A DNA stretch of 48,077 nucleotides from a virus (IMGVR_UViG_3300009551_000042); one strand, 5' to 3'; counted from the first letter of the stretch, positions 8,146 to 16,806 are shown. The notes: generated by a model from the sequence alone, not told the origin. Program-made: numbers and translations.

Positions 8146-8621
8146 CGCGGGCCGCCGCTCCGCGCGCGTGTCTCTGGTCCGCCTGGCTTTTCAGGCTGCG
8201 GAAGGACTACCTTTTTGTCGTTGACGAGCACCAGCGCCGCTTCCATGAACCAGTGATACTGCTGCGGAGCGCCATCCTTTGTAAGGCTCGGCGCCTGCAC
8301 CGCGTAGCCGTTGGTGTTGATCTCGTTGCTACGGCCAATAATCACGCCTTCCAAATCGATGATGGTGTGCCTCACGGTGGCACCCATCTCGAACTTGAAC
8401 GGGAGGTTCACTGCTTCGATGGCTACCTTTGGCGTGTCCAGCAATTCGAGCGCGTGCTCGTCCATGTAGAAGGCGTCTTTGGGCTTGCCTTCCTCGGTCA
8501 AACCCCGCGGTTGCACCGTGTACCGGTTGCACCCGGTGATGTGTTCTGACCTAGCGATAGCCACACCTTCGAATCCGTGGATCAGGTGCCGCACCGTTAC
8601 GCCCAGCTCGTATTTGAACAT
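8142..8621 (-). CDS. protein with two tandem copies of a small phage beta-barrel (SH3-like) domain
   Basis: FKYELGVTVRH...FEGV...GCNRYTVQP / FKFEMGATVRH...LEGV...NGYAVQAP; GGAGG SD. Confidence 0.75.
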   Translation of the reverse strand: MFKYELGVTVRHLIHGFEGVAIARSEHITGCNRYTVQPRGLTEEGKPKDAFYMDEHALELLDTPKVAIEAVNLPFKFEMGATVRHTIIDLEGVIIGRSNEINTNGYAVQAPSLTKDGAPQQYHWFMEAALVLVNDKKVVLPQPEKPGGPETRARSGGPR

Positions 8622-8708
8622 TTCTTTGACCTCCAGGCCTCACCAATAGGCCACCGGTAATAATTTGTCCATTGTTCTATGCCTGCCAGTGGGCTAGCCT
8701 CTGCTGCT

Positions 8709-9164
8709 ATGCCTCAGGTGTGGGTAATCGAGACGGCGGACGGACGCCCAATCGTGGCCGAGCCAGACCGTGACGCGCTCCCCACCGTGCCGCCCGGTGG
8801 AAGAGTGGTGGCCTACACGTGCGATCGGGGTGACGCGCTCGCTGCTGATCAGCTTGCTTTGGTTGAAGGCGTCCTAGCCGGCTCGTTGCCGCCGGTCGAT
8901 CGGGATCACCCGCGTTGGAGCCCGGCAATGGATCGAGCTGTTGCCGCAGCACGCTATCGCTGGTGGCTCGGGACGATTCGCTTGGCGTTCTTAGAATGGT
9001 TCGACGTGGCTCCCAAGAAATTGCGGGACATCTTTGATCAGATGCCATGCCCAAGGTGCGGACTCACGAAATGGTCACATGCGCCGCAGTGCGCGCAGCG
9101 TAACGCCGAGGCGATCGTCTCGACGTTCGGCGCTGAGGTTCGGATCAAGGGTGTTCCAGAATGA
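8709..9164 (+). CDS. hypothetical protein with a C-terminal CPRC...H..C motif
   Basis: ATG 8709; N-terminus paralogous to 7395..7652. Confidence 0.65.
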   Translation: MPQVWVIETADGRPIVAEPDRDALPTVPPGGRVVAYTCDRGDALAADQLALVEGVLAGSLPPVDRDHPRWSPAMDRAVAAARYRWWLGTIRLAFLEWFDVAPKKLRDIFDQMPCPRCGLTKWSHAPQCAQRNAEAIVSTFGAEVRIKGVPE

Positions 9165-9481
9165 TGATCGCTGCGCTGATCGTTACGCAGCTGCTGATCG
9201 TCGGCATGTATGCGTTTTCGGAGCATCGCAACGCGCCATGGTTGCCGTGGTGGCGCCGCTACCTGTCGGTGCTGTTCCTGGTTTTGCAGATGCCGGCGCC
9301 ATTCGTTGGCATCGGGTTTCCACTGTTCGCAATCATTGCGATTGCCGTTTTTCAATGGAACACCATCACCGCCGAGAACAATCGCCGCAACGGTAAGAAC
9401 CACAAGAAGCTCGAAGCGGAGGCGCGCCAAACCGAGGTCGAGGCTCGTGTATGGGCTCGCGAATGCGCAGAGGCGCAATAA
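9161..9481 (+). CDS. membrane protein (2-3 hydrophobic segments)
   Basis: Hydrophobic stretches followed by a basic coiled tail. Confidence 0.65.
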   Translation: MMIAALIVTQLLIVGMYAFSEHRNAPWLPWWRRYLSVLFLVLQMPAPFVGIGFPLFAIIAIAVFQWNTITAENNRRNGKNHKKLEAEARQTEVEARVWARECAEAQ

Positions 9482-9496
9482 AGAAAGGGACGGGAA

Positions 9497-10099
9497 ATGT
9501 TTGACGAGGTCCAGGATGACGACGACGCACCGGTTAGCACCATCGGAAAGACTCCGGCTGAGCTGCTGACGACGTATCTGTATGGCGAAGGTAGCGAAGC
9601 ACTGGCGGACATCGTTCGCGACAGCATCACTCCGGACAGCGTGAAAGAGCTGATGGATGTGGCTGACGAGCTTCGCGGAGACGGGACGCCGGCATCCGGA
9701 GCCATCGCTGACGCGATCCAGACGCTCACGCTGAGCCAGCGCGTTCGCCTGGCATTCGAATCCGCGCTGTACGACGATGGTGACCCGAGGGTCGCGAACG
9801 GTCCAGCTCCTGACACCGTGATGGTCTCCGGCGTTGCGCTGAACGTCGGCTTCGAGCCGACCAGGCTTGAGGGCCAGCGGGAGATCGTTCGGGCGCTCGC
9901 ACAAGAGATCCTTAAGCCCGGGTTCTATTCACCGCGTGGCGAGAGTTTCCTGGAGCTTCCGTTTGACAAGGATGGTCGGCAATGGGGCGAGCACATCAAC
10001 GCGGATCAGTTCCTGTGCCTCGCGGCCGCTCTCGGCTTCGTCGAGATGGATCCAAAGGTGAGTCTGTGCGAAGCGCTGTTGTTGCAGTTCAAAATCTGA
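9497..10099 (+). CDS. conserved phage hypothetical protein
   Basis: AGGGA SD; C-terminal GF.P.RL...SFL....DKDG.QW..H pattern familiar from phage hypotheticals. Confidence 0.7.
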   Translation: MFDEVQDDDDAPVSTIGKTPAELLTTYLYGEGSEALADIVRDSITPDSVKELMDVADELRGDGTPASGAIADAIQTLTLSQRVRLAFESALYDDGDPRVANGPAPDTVMVSGVALNVGFEPTRLEGQREIVRALAQEILKPGFYSPRGESFLELPFDKDGRQWGEHINADQFLCLAAALGFVEMDPKVSLCEALLLQFKI

Positions 10100-10317
10100 C
10101 GGCCAAGCCGCTGCTCGTCACCCATGCTGAGCTTGAACCGTTCAGCATGGGTGATGCCTACAAGCGCTGTTGCCCGGTGTGTCGAGCGGGTACGTTGACG
10201 ATGGAGCGCGATCCGTCCACGGGAAAGCTATTGCGTCGCGACCGCTGCAAGCTTTGCGGTCAGCGCGTCGTGTACACAGATTCGAAAGTAGGGAAAGAGG
10301 AGTTTCATGGGGCATGA
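10096..10317 (+). CDS. zinc-ribbon protein (probable CTG start)
   Basis: CPVC...CKLC; CTG overlaps the upstream TGA (CTGA); alternative ATG at 10147. Confidence 0.55.
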   Translation: MTAKPLLVTHAELEPFSMGDAYKRCCPVCRAGTLTMERDPSTGKLLRRDRCKLCGQRVVYTDSKVGKEEFHGA

Positions 10318-10606
10318 CGCAAGCGTGGTGTACTTCAAGCACTTCAGAGTCTGCGTTGCATTGGCAACGCTCGCACTAGCCGGGACACTGATCGGACTGT
10401 TCTCTGGCGCTCGTTGGTTCACCACCGCCGGAAACCTGATGGTGCTATTCGGGACTATGGCCATCTACAACCGCGAGCTTTACAGACTCGCGATTGTTGC
10501 AGAGCACCAGCATGCTGCTGTCAAAGATGCCGCCGCGATCATTGCTCGCTTGGTCTCGCCCGATGACTTACCTCGGCTCACCGAGGAGCGCCCGACTACG
10601 CACTAG
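10307..10606 (+). CDS. small two-TM membrane protein
   Basis: GAGGAG SD; two hydrophobic helices. Confidence 0.65.
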   Translation: MGHDASVVYFKHFRVCVALATLALAGTLIGLFSGARWFTTAGNLMVLFGTMAIYNRELYRLAIVAEHQHAAVKDAAAIIARLVSPDDLPRLTEERPTTH

Positions 10607-11115
10607 CTGACCTGGGGAAGGATCTTCGTAAAGATCCCAGCGGAGCGATTGGCATCGAGTTCTTTGAACTCTCCGAGCGTTGGCTTCGCACCGGCACGCA
10701 CGATCGGCGCCATCCACACGCTGGAGTTGGCTTTGCCTCGCTCTTCATAGCTAATCATCACCATCTCTTGTCGCCCGGCTGCATCCTCCAGCGACTTGCC
10801 GGCTTTTCTGAGTCCCGCGTACTCCTCAAGCGTCAGGGTGTCGTGGAACCACGTTTCGGTGATGAAAACGCACAGAACGGCCTCGCACTGCTTCGCGATA
10901 TCTCGCGCGGCGCTGGCAAAGTCTCCCTTAGTTCCTGCGTCAAACCGGCTTGGGACCACTGGTAGCACCTCGGGTCCGGGCAGCCGCTCTCCCGTCTTTG
11001 GATGCCTCGTAACCAAAAGCAAGATCACGGGCCGCACGCTGCCGCTTTCCTCGAAATTCTCTTTCGCGACGTTGCGAACGTGAGCTTTCCAATCCTCGAT
11101 GTCTTCCGTCTTCAT
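10603..11115 (-). CDS. hypothetical protein, tandem paralog A
   Basis: Colinear similarity with 11115..11558. Confidence 0.75.
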   Translation of the reverse strand: MKTEDIEDWKAHVRNVAKENFEESGSVRPVILLLVTRHPKTGERLPGPEVLPVVPSRFDAGTKGDFASAARDIAKQCEAVLCVFITETWFHDTLTLEEYAGLRKAGKSLEDAAGRQEMVMISYEERGKANSSVWMAPIVRAGAKPTLGEFKELDANRSAGIFTKILPQVS

Positions 11116-11558
11116 CAGTTCACCCGAGGCAGGATCCCGCCGAAAGGCCCCTCGGTTGGCTTGGTGGCCTCGAACTCACCCACCCTTCGCTCTTCGACGA
11201 TCGGCGCGATCCACATCACGCTTTGGTACTTGCCTCGTTCCTCACAGTGAACGATCAGCGCGCGCTGATTCTCTCCGTCGTCTTTCGAGACCATGCCTTC
11301 ACCTGCGAACACGCAGGCGATGGCTTCGGATCGCTTGGCGATGGCTCGCGTGGTCGTGAGAAACTCGTCGTTGCTCATGCCGCCACCGAACACGACCGGC
11401 AGCTCTTCCGGCTCGGCTAGCGCGGTCCCATCCTTGAAATGACGGGTCGTCAGCAGCACGAGTGCCGGCGTGATGAACCCCTCGGCCTCGAAGGCCTTCT
11501 TAGCGTTGTCCCGGATCTCGCCTTGCCAGACCGTTATTTCCTCGGGCGTCACAGGCAT
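11115..11558 (-). CDS. hypothetical protein, tandem paralog B
   Basis: Shared motifs NAK..FE..G...P, TRH.K.G, AK..EA..CVF, EERGK..S..W.APIV, GEF. Confidence 0.75.
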   Translation of the reverse strand: MPVTPEEITVWQGEIRDNAKKAFEAEGFITPALVLLTTRHFKDGTALAEPEELPVVFGGGMSNDEFLTTTRAIAKRSEAIACVFAGEGMVSKDDGENQRALIVHCEERGKYQSVMWIAPIVEERRVGEFEATKPTEGPFGGILPRVN

Positions 11559-11579
11559 AGCCTAGCACCGAAGGCTATG
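11556..11579. promoter_or_regulatory. perfect palindrome at a divergent promoter
   Basis: CATAGCCT-N8-AGGCTATG between divergently oriented gene blocks. Confidence 0.5.
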
Positions 11580-11598
11580 ACCGTGGCAACGAAAAAGC

Positions 11599-11898
11599 AT
11601 GCGCAAAGAGATATGCACATGCGGCGCCTGGAACACGCCCACGTCAAAGAGCTGCTGGAAGTGTGGAACGAGGGACGTCGAGATCAAGATCGAGTTCCTG
11701 AAGACCGCGTTCCAGCCTCGCCCGTTCGATCTGTTTCGCGACTTAACGGCGTTGCACAAGGCTTACGAGATGATGCCCATCGCTCGGGGCTTCGAACGAC
11801 AGCATCTCCAAGCTTACCATCGTGCGGTTGGTGAGCTTTTGGAAGGCGAGCGAAAGCATCGCAGCGACAGCTACCACAATCGGCCTCTCTGGTGGTGA
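11599..11898 (+). CDS. zinc-ribbon protein
   Basis: CTCG...SCWKCG. Confidence 0.6.
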   Translation: MRKEICTCGAWNTPTSKSCWKCGTRDVEIKIEFLKTAFQPRPFDLFRDLTALHKAYEMMPIARGFERQHLQAYHRAVGELLEGERKHRSDSYHNRPLWW

Positions 11899-12164
11899 TC
11901 ATCGAGCCGCGGATCCCAGTCTTCTACCACCTGCTACCCCAGCGGGTGACGAAGCTGGAGACGGAAAACGCTGCGCTGCGCTCGGCGCTCGACACGCTCA
12001 CGCGCCCGACAGCCGATGACGCGCTGGACCTGATTTTCGATCTCGCGTGTGCCGTGGAAGCGACCGGGGTGATCGACGAGAAAACGAAGGCATTGCTCTC
12101 ACGCGCTGAGGGCTTCGGCTGGTGTAGTGCCGAAAGCGACGAAGAGGATACGGAGGAAGAATGA
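11892..12164 (+). CDS. hypothetical protein
   Basis: Overlap-coupled; short coiled coil, acidic tail. Confidence 0.6.
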   Translation: MVIIEPRIPVFYHLLPQRVTKLETENAALRSALDTLTRPTADDALDLIFDLACAVEATGVIDEKTKALLSRAEGFGWCSAESDEEDTEEE

Positions 12165-12736
12165 TTTTGCCGCTGAAGTTGATCCGCATCCTAGAAGTTG
12201 TCGAAGACGTCCCTTCCGTAGGGATCACCAAAGGTGACATTCTCTGGGGACACCACCTCCCGGGCGGTGTTCTCGGCGCCGACTACTTCTGCTCTTCGGA
12301 CCGCAAGCGCTTCGGCTGGGTTCACTGTGAGGACGTGAACCTGCCCGCACCGGGTACGCTTATCCGAGTTGCCTTCCCGTTCAGCGGGACCATCAAGGCG
12401 TCGGAGGTTGTGCGAATCGACGACGAGATGGCGGTCTTCCAGAACCGTTTCTGGGTGAACGATCGCAAGGGTAAGTTTGGGTGGGTCGACAGCTTCGAGA
12501 TCATCGAAGAGCCCAAGACGGATCCAGCTCCGGTGACAGAGCCCGACTTGCCGGCGCCTCAAAAGGACGACCTCCGCGCCCGATGCGGCCGCCAACGCCG
12601 CGAGCTGCGCCGGTTGAACGAAAAGCAGCGAGTGTCACTGCTCGAAAAGCACCGAATCGAAACGACGCTTGAGAATGCGTTGCAAGAGGTATTGAACCTG
12701 CGGCAACGGCTCCGAGTGCTGGAGGCCGCTGTATGA
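12161..12736 (+). CDS. hypothetical protein with C-terminal coiled coil
   Basis: GGAGGA SD, ATGA coupling. Confidence 0.7.
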   Translation: MILPLKLIRILEVVEDVPSVGITKGDILWGHHLPGGVLGADYFCSSDRKRFGWVHCEDVNLPAPGTLIRVAFPFSGTIKASEVVRIDDEMAVFQNRFWVNDRKGKFGWVDSFEIIEEPKTDPAPVTEPDLPAPQKDDLRARCGRQRRELRRLNEKQRVSLLEKHRIETTLENALQEVLNLRQRLRVLEAAV

Positions 12737-13113
12737 CGCGCCACCAGCTAATCAGCTACCTGTCCGAGGTTCTCGGGCTGTGTGGCTGCTCTGACAATGA
12801 CCAGTCCGTGCGGTTTCTGTTCGACTTGCTAGAGGCCGGAGAAATGCGCGGCGCCGGCATGACCGCAGAATCCGACGCCACCATCGACGACATTCTGCCG
12901 GAGGGTGATTGTCTTGAGCGTAACCTGCCCGTGTATTGGATGACAGCCGGCGGCCTCATCGAACACGGCTACACGCTGACGTCGTACACGCTCAGCGAGA
13001 TCGGTGTGCGCGTGCTCGAAGCGCTCCGCACATATGGGACCGGGGATGACCTCTGGGCCGATGACGCCCCGCCCGTGGTTCCGATCGGAGAACCGGAGCG
13101 GGTCTGGAATTGA
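12733..13113 (+). CDS. hypothetical protein
   Basis: ATGA coupling. Confidence 0.7.
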   Translation: MTRHQLISYLSEVLGLCGCSDNDQSVRFLFDLLEAGEMRGAGMTAESDATIDDILPEGDCLERNLPVYWMTAGGLIEHGYTLTSYTLSEIGVRVLEALRTYGTGDDLWADDAPPVVPIGEPERVWN

Positions 13114-13418
13114 TTCCGATTCCGATTACCTGGATCGAGCCGCATTGGCGGGCTCCAGCTAACTACGTAGACATCTCTGAGTCGTTTGGCGCTCCTCCTC
13201 GTCAGGAGGTGCTCGAACCAGTGCCCCACCCTTGTTCGTTTTGCGGCAACCTAACCCCCAGTGAGCCCAAGGGCAAACGCGGCTGGCGCGTCTGCTATCG
13301 CCCATCGTGCGATCTAGCAAGGGCCGCACAAGAAGAGCGAATCTACGCAGGCCTAGTGGATTGCCCGGAAACGCGGCGCGATGCGCTCGCATGGGCGCTT
13401 AGAAAGCTTCAATCATGA
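13110..13418 (+). CDS. zinc-finger protein
   Basis: TTGA-coupled start; CSFC...C.RPSC. Confidence 0.6.
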   Translation: MIPIPITWIEPHWRAPANYVDISESFGAPPRQEVLEPVPHPCSFCGNLTPSEPKGKRGWRVCYRPSCDLARAAQEERIYAGLVDCPETRRDALAWALRKLQS

Positions 13419-13579
13419 GTGACGAGAAATGGTTCTGGGGCTGCATCGCGGCTGTACTGATCACGATGTGCGTCACACTGCCGAAATGCGCAAACTCGCT
13501 GAATGAGAACGAATACCGAAAGCTGGAACTATGCCTGAACCATCACAAGCACTGGATGCGAGGTGAGTGTATCGAATGA
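13415..13579 (+). CDS. small membrane-anchored Cys-containing protein (54 aa, not in ORF track)
   Basis: MSDEKWFWGCIAAVLITMCVTLPKC...CIE*; ATGA-coupled at both ends. Confidence 0.6.
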   Translation: MSDEKWFWGCIAAVLITMCVTLPKCANSLNENEYRKLELCLNHHKHWMRGECIE

Positions 13580-13893
13580 CCATTACACGCATCGATACGA
13601 CACTGCGCCCACAGCGCCTAAAAGTCCAAAACTCACATCTAGTTGGTCACGAAGGGTTCGAAGCATCATTCACAACAAGCGACGGACTGAGTCTACTTCT
13701 CGATGGTAGGCTGCCACAGGAGCTGCGCCCGATCTTGTCTCGACTCATGGATGCAAAGATCAAGATATCGCTCGTGTTTGAACTCGAAGATGTTGGCGTT
13801 CCAGAGCTGACAGAAGCGCTCGACGCAGCAAAGATGGGCAACCGCAAGCGCGCACTCGAATGCGCTGGACAGGCCGTCAAGCAACTCGCATGA
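13576..13893 (+). CDS. hypothetical protein
   Basis: ATG 13576 overlaps the previous TGA. Confidence 0.6.
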   Translation: MTITRIDTTLRPQRLKVQNSHLVGHEGFEASFTTSDGLSLLLDGRLPQELRPILSRLMDAKIKISLVFELEDVGVPELTEALDAAKMGNRKRALECAGQAVKQLA

Positions 13894-14066
13894 CCGACGA
13901 AGAACTTTTGGTTAGAGAATACGCTCGCCAGTTGGCCGCCGAAGAGCGGGCGTTCTGGGATGCTGTGGTGTTGGTGTGCCTAGAGAAAGGCGACACCTAC
14001 ATCTCTGCAATAAACATCGCGACTCAATCCCTTGAGCGCCGGAGGCTGTGCCTTGCTGTCGAATGA
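13890..14066 (+). CDS. hypothetical protein
   Basis: ATGA coupling. Confidence 0.55.
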   Translation: MTDEELLVREYARQLAAEERAFWDAVVLVCLEKGDTYISAINIATQSLERRRLCLAVE

Positions 14067-14232
14067 ACAACGCATCGCCGACTTGGAGCGCGCGCTGGCG
14101 CTCTTCATGTCCGCTTTCATGATGAGTCAACATAAGCACTACCGCTACATGCAACAGGGCGGCCGCATCCGGTTCACGTTCGAGGATGTTTACGATGGGT
14201 CAACAAACATTGACTACGAGCCTGCGCAGTAA
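14053..14232 (+). CDS. hypothetical protein
   Basis: TTG 14053 with GGAGG 7 nt upstream. Confidence 0.5.
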   Translation: MLSNEQRIADLERALALFMSAFMMSQHKHYRYMQQGGRIRFTFEDVYDGSTNIDYEPAQ

Positions 14233-14839
14233 ATTTAATGCGCTATGGTCGCGTCTGCAGGCCAAGGGGGACTCTGACCCATACTACGACTTGCTGTGCG
14301 AGTCCTATTCCGCGTTCCCGCGCGCCTATCACACGCTAGAGCACATTGATAAGTGCCTCGATGCCCTGCCCGAGCTGGCGCCGAATCAACCGGACGAATT
14401 CCTAGATCCCATTCGTTGGGCTATCTGGTTTCACGACGCCTGCATGAGCTTTGGTGGCCCGGGGAAGGATGAGGAAGACTCTGCGGATCTAGCCTGTGAC
14501 ATCGCGGCCGAGGTCGGAATCCCGCACGGGGCAACGCGCCGGCTGATTCTTGCAACCAAAACCCACGTTGCGACGCTGCCCGACGAAGCGTTGCTGCTGG
14601 ACGCAGACCTTTCGATCCTGGCAGCGCCATCGGACATCTTCTGGCGCTACGAGGGACAGGTACGCCAGGAATACGCACACGTCCCCGACGAGATCTATCG
14701 CCCTGCGCGCCGTCGCATCCTGCAGTCGTTCAGGGACAGGCGTCAGATTTACCAGTCACCACACGGGTTCCACGAATGGGAACGCAAAGCACGCTTCAAC
14801 TTGGGTCAGTCGATCGCCGGCCTTGGCGGGGTCGACTGA
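14186..14839 (+). CDS. HD-superfamily metal-dependent phosphohydrolase (COG4339-like)
   Basis: RAYHTLEH, AIWFHDA, LILATKTH, LLDADLSIL, YE.QVRQEYAHVP, IY...E..AR.NL; true start may be slightly downstream. Confidence 0.85.
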   Translation: MFTMGQQTLTTSLRSKFNALWSRLQAKGDSDPYYDLLCESYSAFPRAYHTLEHIDKCLDALPELAPNQPDEFLDPIRWAIWFHDACMSFGGPGKDEEDSADLACDIAAEVGIPHGATRRLILATKTHVATLPDEALLLDADLSILAAPSDIFWRYEGQVRQEYAHVPDEIYRPARRRILQSFRDRRQIYQSPHGFHEWERKARFNLGQSIAGLGGVD

Positions 14840-15093
14840 GCGCCGCGATCGGGTTCGCTGGAACAGCGCTACTGGGCGCGTGCGCGCTCCCGCTGGTCAT
14901 TCAGACCGTTCGTGATGGTCATGCGGACTCGGTGAACAGCTGGTTCCTGTTCTTGTGGCTAACGGGTGAGCTAGCTATGCTCGGACACGTCCTCATAGAA
15001 AAAGCGTCGTTGCCGCTAGTTCTGAACTACGCCGCCAACGCGCTGATGGTGGGGATAGTTGGTTGGTACAAATGTGCGTCTATTCAATGGTGA
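14836..15093 (+). CDS. PQ-loop / SemiSWEET-like three-helix membrane protein
   Basis: IGFAGTALLGACALP-x-VIQTVRDGHADSV, W..GE, LPLVLNY..N pattern; probable CTG start overlapping the HD stop. Confidence 0.75.
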   Translation: MSAAIGFAGTALLGACALPLVIQTVRDGHADSVNSWFLFLWLTGELAMLGHVLIEKASLPLVLNYAANALMVGIVGWYKCASIQW

Positions 15094-15425
15094 TGGATCA
15101 CTATGATCCACAGGTACCGGTAATCACGACCATACCATGGACCTGGTCGTCTCCGGTTCCTTTAGAACCCCAACCGACCATCGACCTCGACGAGTGGCGA
15201 AAGCTTCTGGAAGACCTCAAGCAAGCGCGTGACGCCGCTATCAAGGTCGACGACCTTACCGGTCAACCTGACTGCGTTGATCCAGAAAAAGCAAAGCTAG
15301 AGGATCGCGTGCGCCAGCTCGAAGAGCTTTTGGCTAAGCCACCAGAGTTTGTGATCGTGGAAGGCGGCGGGCTCGAGCCCGGCACCTACCGCGTGATTGA
15401 TGGAAAACTGTACAAGGCAATATGA
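15087..15425 (+). CDS. phage hypothetical protein (QPDC.DPEK motif)
   Basis: Motif and coiled coil typical of phage hypotheticals. Confidence 0.65.
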   Translation: MVMDHYDPQVPVITTIPWTWSSPVPLEPQPTIDLDEWRKLLEDLKQARDAAIKVDDLTGQPDCVDPEKAKLEDRVRQLEELLAKPPEFVIVEGGGLEPGTYRVIDGKLYKAI

Positions 15426-15640
15426 TCGTCATTGAGTTTAGCAAGTATCGCAAAAAGGGCCTGACTGAGATGCGCCCTTGGACCCCTGCAGAGGACATGA
15501 CCGGAGTCAGCGTGTCCGATGCCGATCGCGGGACAGGTTCCCCGCAGCCTGGCGACATGATCGCGCGCAACCCTGTGAAGCCGGAAGACCGCTGGCTCGT
15601 TGCAGAGGACTACTTCCGCGCGAACTACGAGGCAGCGTGA
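15422..15640 (+). CDS. conserved small phage protein (PGDYG-like)
   Basis: KYRKK...EMRP...GVSVS..D...GSP.PGDMIARNP...D.WLVA..YF..NYE. Confidence 0.7.
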   Translation: MIVIEFSKYRKKGLTEMRPWTPAEDMTGVSVSDADRGTGSPQPGDMIARNPVKPEDRWLVAEDYFRANYEAA

Positions 15641-15786
15641 ACCTCACCGAGGCCAAGGAAGACATCTGGGAGGCAGCGGATCGCTTCCGCCAGCTGGCCC
15701 AGCAGTCTAAGAGCCCCAAGGCGCGCAAGCTGCTGACGAATGCTGCTGACACGCTACAGGCACTCTTTCCAGGTAACGACCAATGA
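15637..15786 (+). CDS. hypothetical protein (49 aa)
   Basis: GTGA-coupled start, ATGA-coupled end. Confidence 0.55.
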   Translation: MNLTEAKEDIWEAADRFRQLAQQSKSPKARKLLTNAADTLQALFPGNDQ

Positions 15787-16416
15787 GAGAAGATCTCACA
15801 TACATTGCGGTCGTTCTAGACCGCTCAGCCTCGATGCGCTCGTGTCTGAATGAGACCATCCAAGGTTTTAACAACTTCATCGACGAGCAGAAGGCCGAAC
15901 CGGGCGAGGCGTTGTTTTCGCTGGTTCTGTTTGACCACGAATACACGCCGGTAGTTCAGGGCATCTCGCTCCGTTCAGCGACACACCTGACCCCGGAGAC
16001 CTACGTTCCGCGCGGTGACACGGCGTTGCGCGAAGCTTATTGGCCGCACCATCGACGACGTGGGCGCAAAGCTGCGCGCGATGCCAGAGGCTCAGCGCCC
16101 GGGCAAGGTGCTGATCATGATCCAGACGGATGGTGCTGAGAATTGCTCTGGACCGGCCTACAGTCGCGAGCGCATCCGGGACATGATCAAGCACCAGCGC
16201 GATAAGTACAGCTGGGATTTTGTCTTCATCGGGACCACCGAAAAAGCTATCGCTGACGCGGTCGAGATGGGTGTGCGCCCGACCTTCACTGTCAACTACG
16301 CGGCGACGCCGGAGGGTACAGGAGACGTGATGCGCACGATGAGTCTCGGTGTCCGGAACTTCCGCTCGACCAACAAGGCGGACATCGACAAGGCTGACTA
16401 CAGTTTCTCCAAGTGA
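15783..16416 (+). pseudogene. von Willebrand factor A (TerY-like) protein split by a +1 frameshift
   Basis: MIDAS DRSAS in 15783..16139; T of GDTAL; TDG..EN in 16015..16416; removing one T at 16037-16038 gives ...TALREAIGRTIDDVG... Confidence 0.85.
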
Positions 16417-16597
16417 GATCCTCAAGTCACTCCGTAGCCGGGGTTACGCTGTTCGCGTTGACGATGCTGGTTGCGTCACGGCAACTGGTGTCACGCCGCG
16501 CGATCCAGAACGTGCTCGGAAGCTTCTGGAAGAGAACCAAGCTGGCCTCCGCGCGATCTTGGAAGCTGAAAGCATCCTAGGAGCAGTTTTGAAATGA
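16349..16597 (+). CDS. hypothetical protein (start uncertain; weak TubC_N-like pattern)
   Basis: EILKSLRSRGYAVRV...RKLLEENQAGLRAIL; ATGA-coupled to the next gene. Confidence 0.45.
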   Translation: MSGTSARPTRRTSTRLTTVSPSEILKSLRSRGYAVRVDDAGCVTATGVTPRDPERARKLLEENQAGLRAILEAESILGAVLK

Positions 16598-16797
16598 TGA
16601 CTGCAGAAGTTGAGCTGGACTCAGAGGCCGACAAGATCTGTCGCGAGTTGATTGGCCGACGTTGCGAGTGTGCCGACGGTCAAGAGGTCTGGATCATGGC
16701 TCGTGAGGTCGATGGTCAGAACGTCACGTACTACCTAGCCCCGGTGCTTTTTGCTGTACCTGATGTGTTTGGGGATACTGCTAGCGATCCTAGCTGA
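16594..16797 (+). CDS. hypothetical protein
   Basis: ATGA coupling. Confidence 0.55.
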   Translation: MMTAEVELDSEADKICRELIGRRCECADGQEVWIMAREVDGQNVTYYLAPVLFAVPDVFGDTASDPS

Positions 16798-16806
16798 GGC
16801 GGTGCG

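Noticed and set aside
10307-10606. Holin / lysis cassette
   Set aside because: Two TM helices only, located among early genes, with no endolysin or spanin recognisable in the window.
11439-11834. Alternative + strand ORF beginning at the palindrome ATG 11577
   Set aside because: The overlapping frame 11599..11898 has a zinc-ribbon motif and couples to the next gene, so it is the better call.
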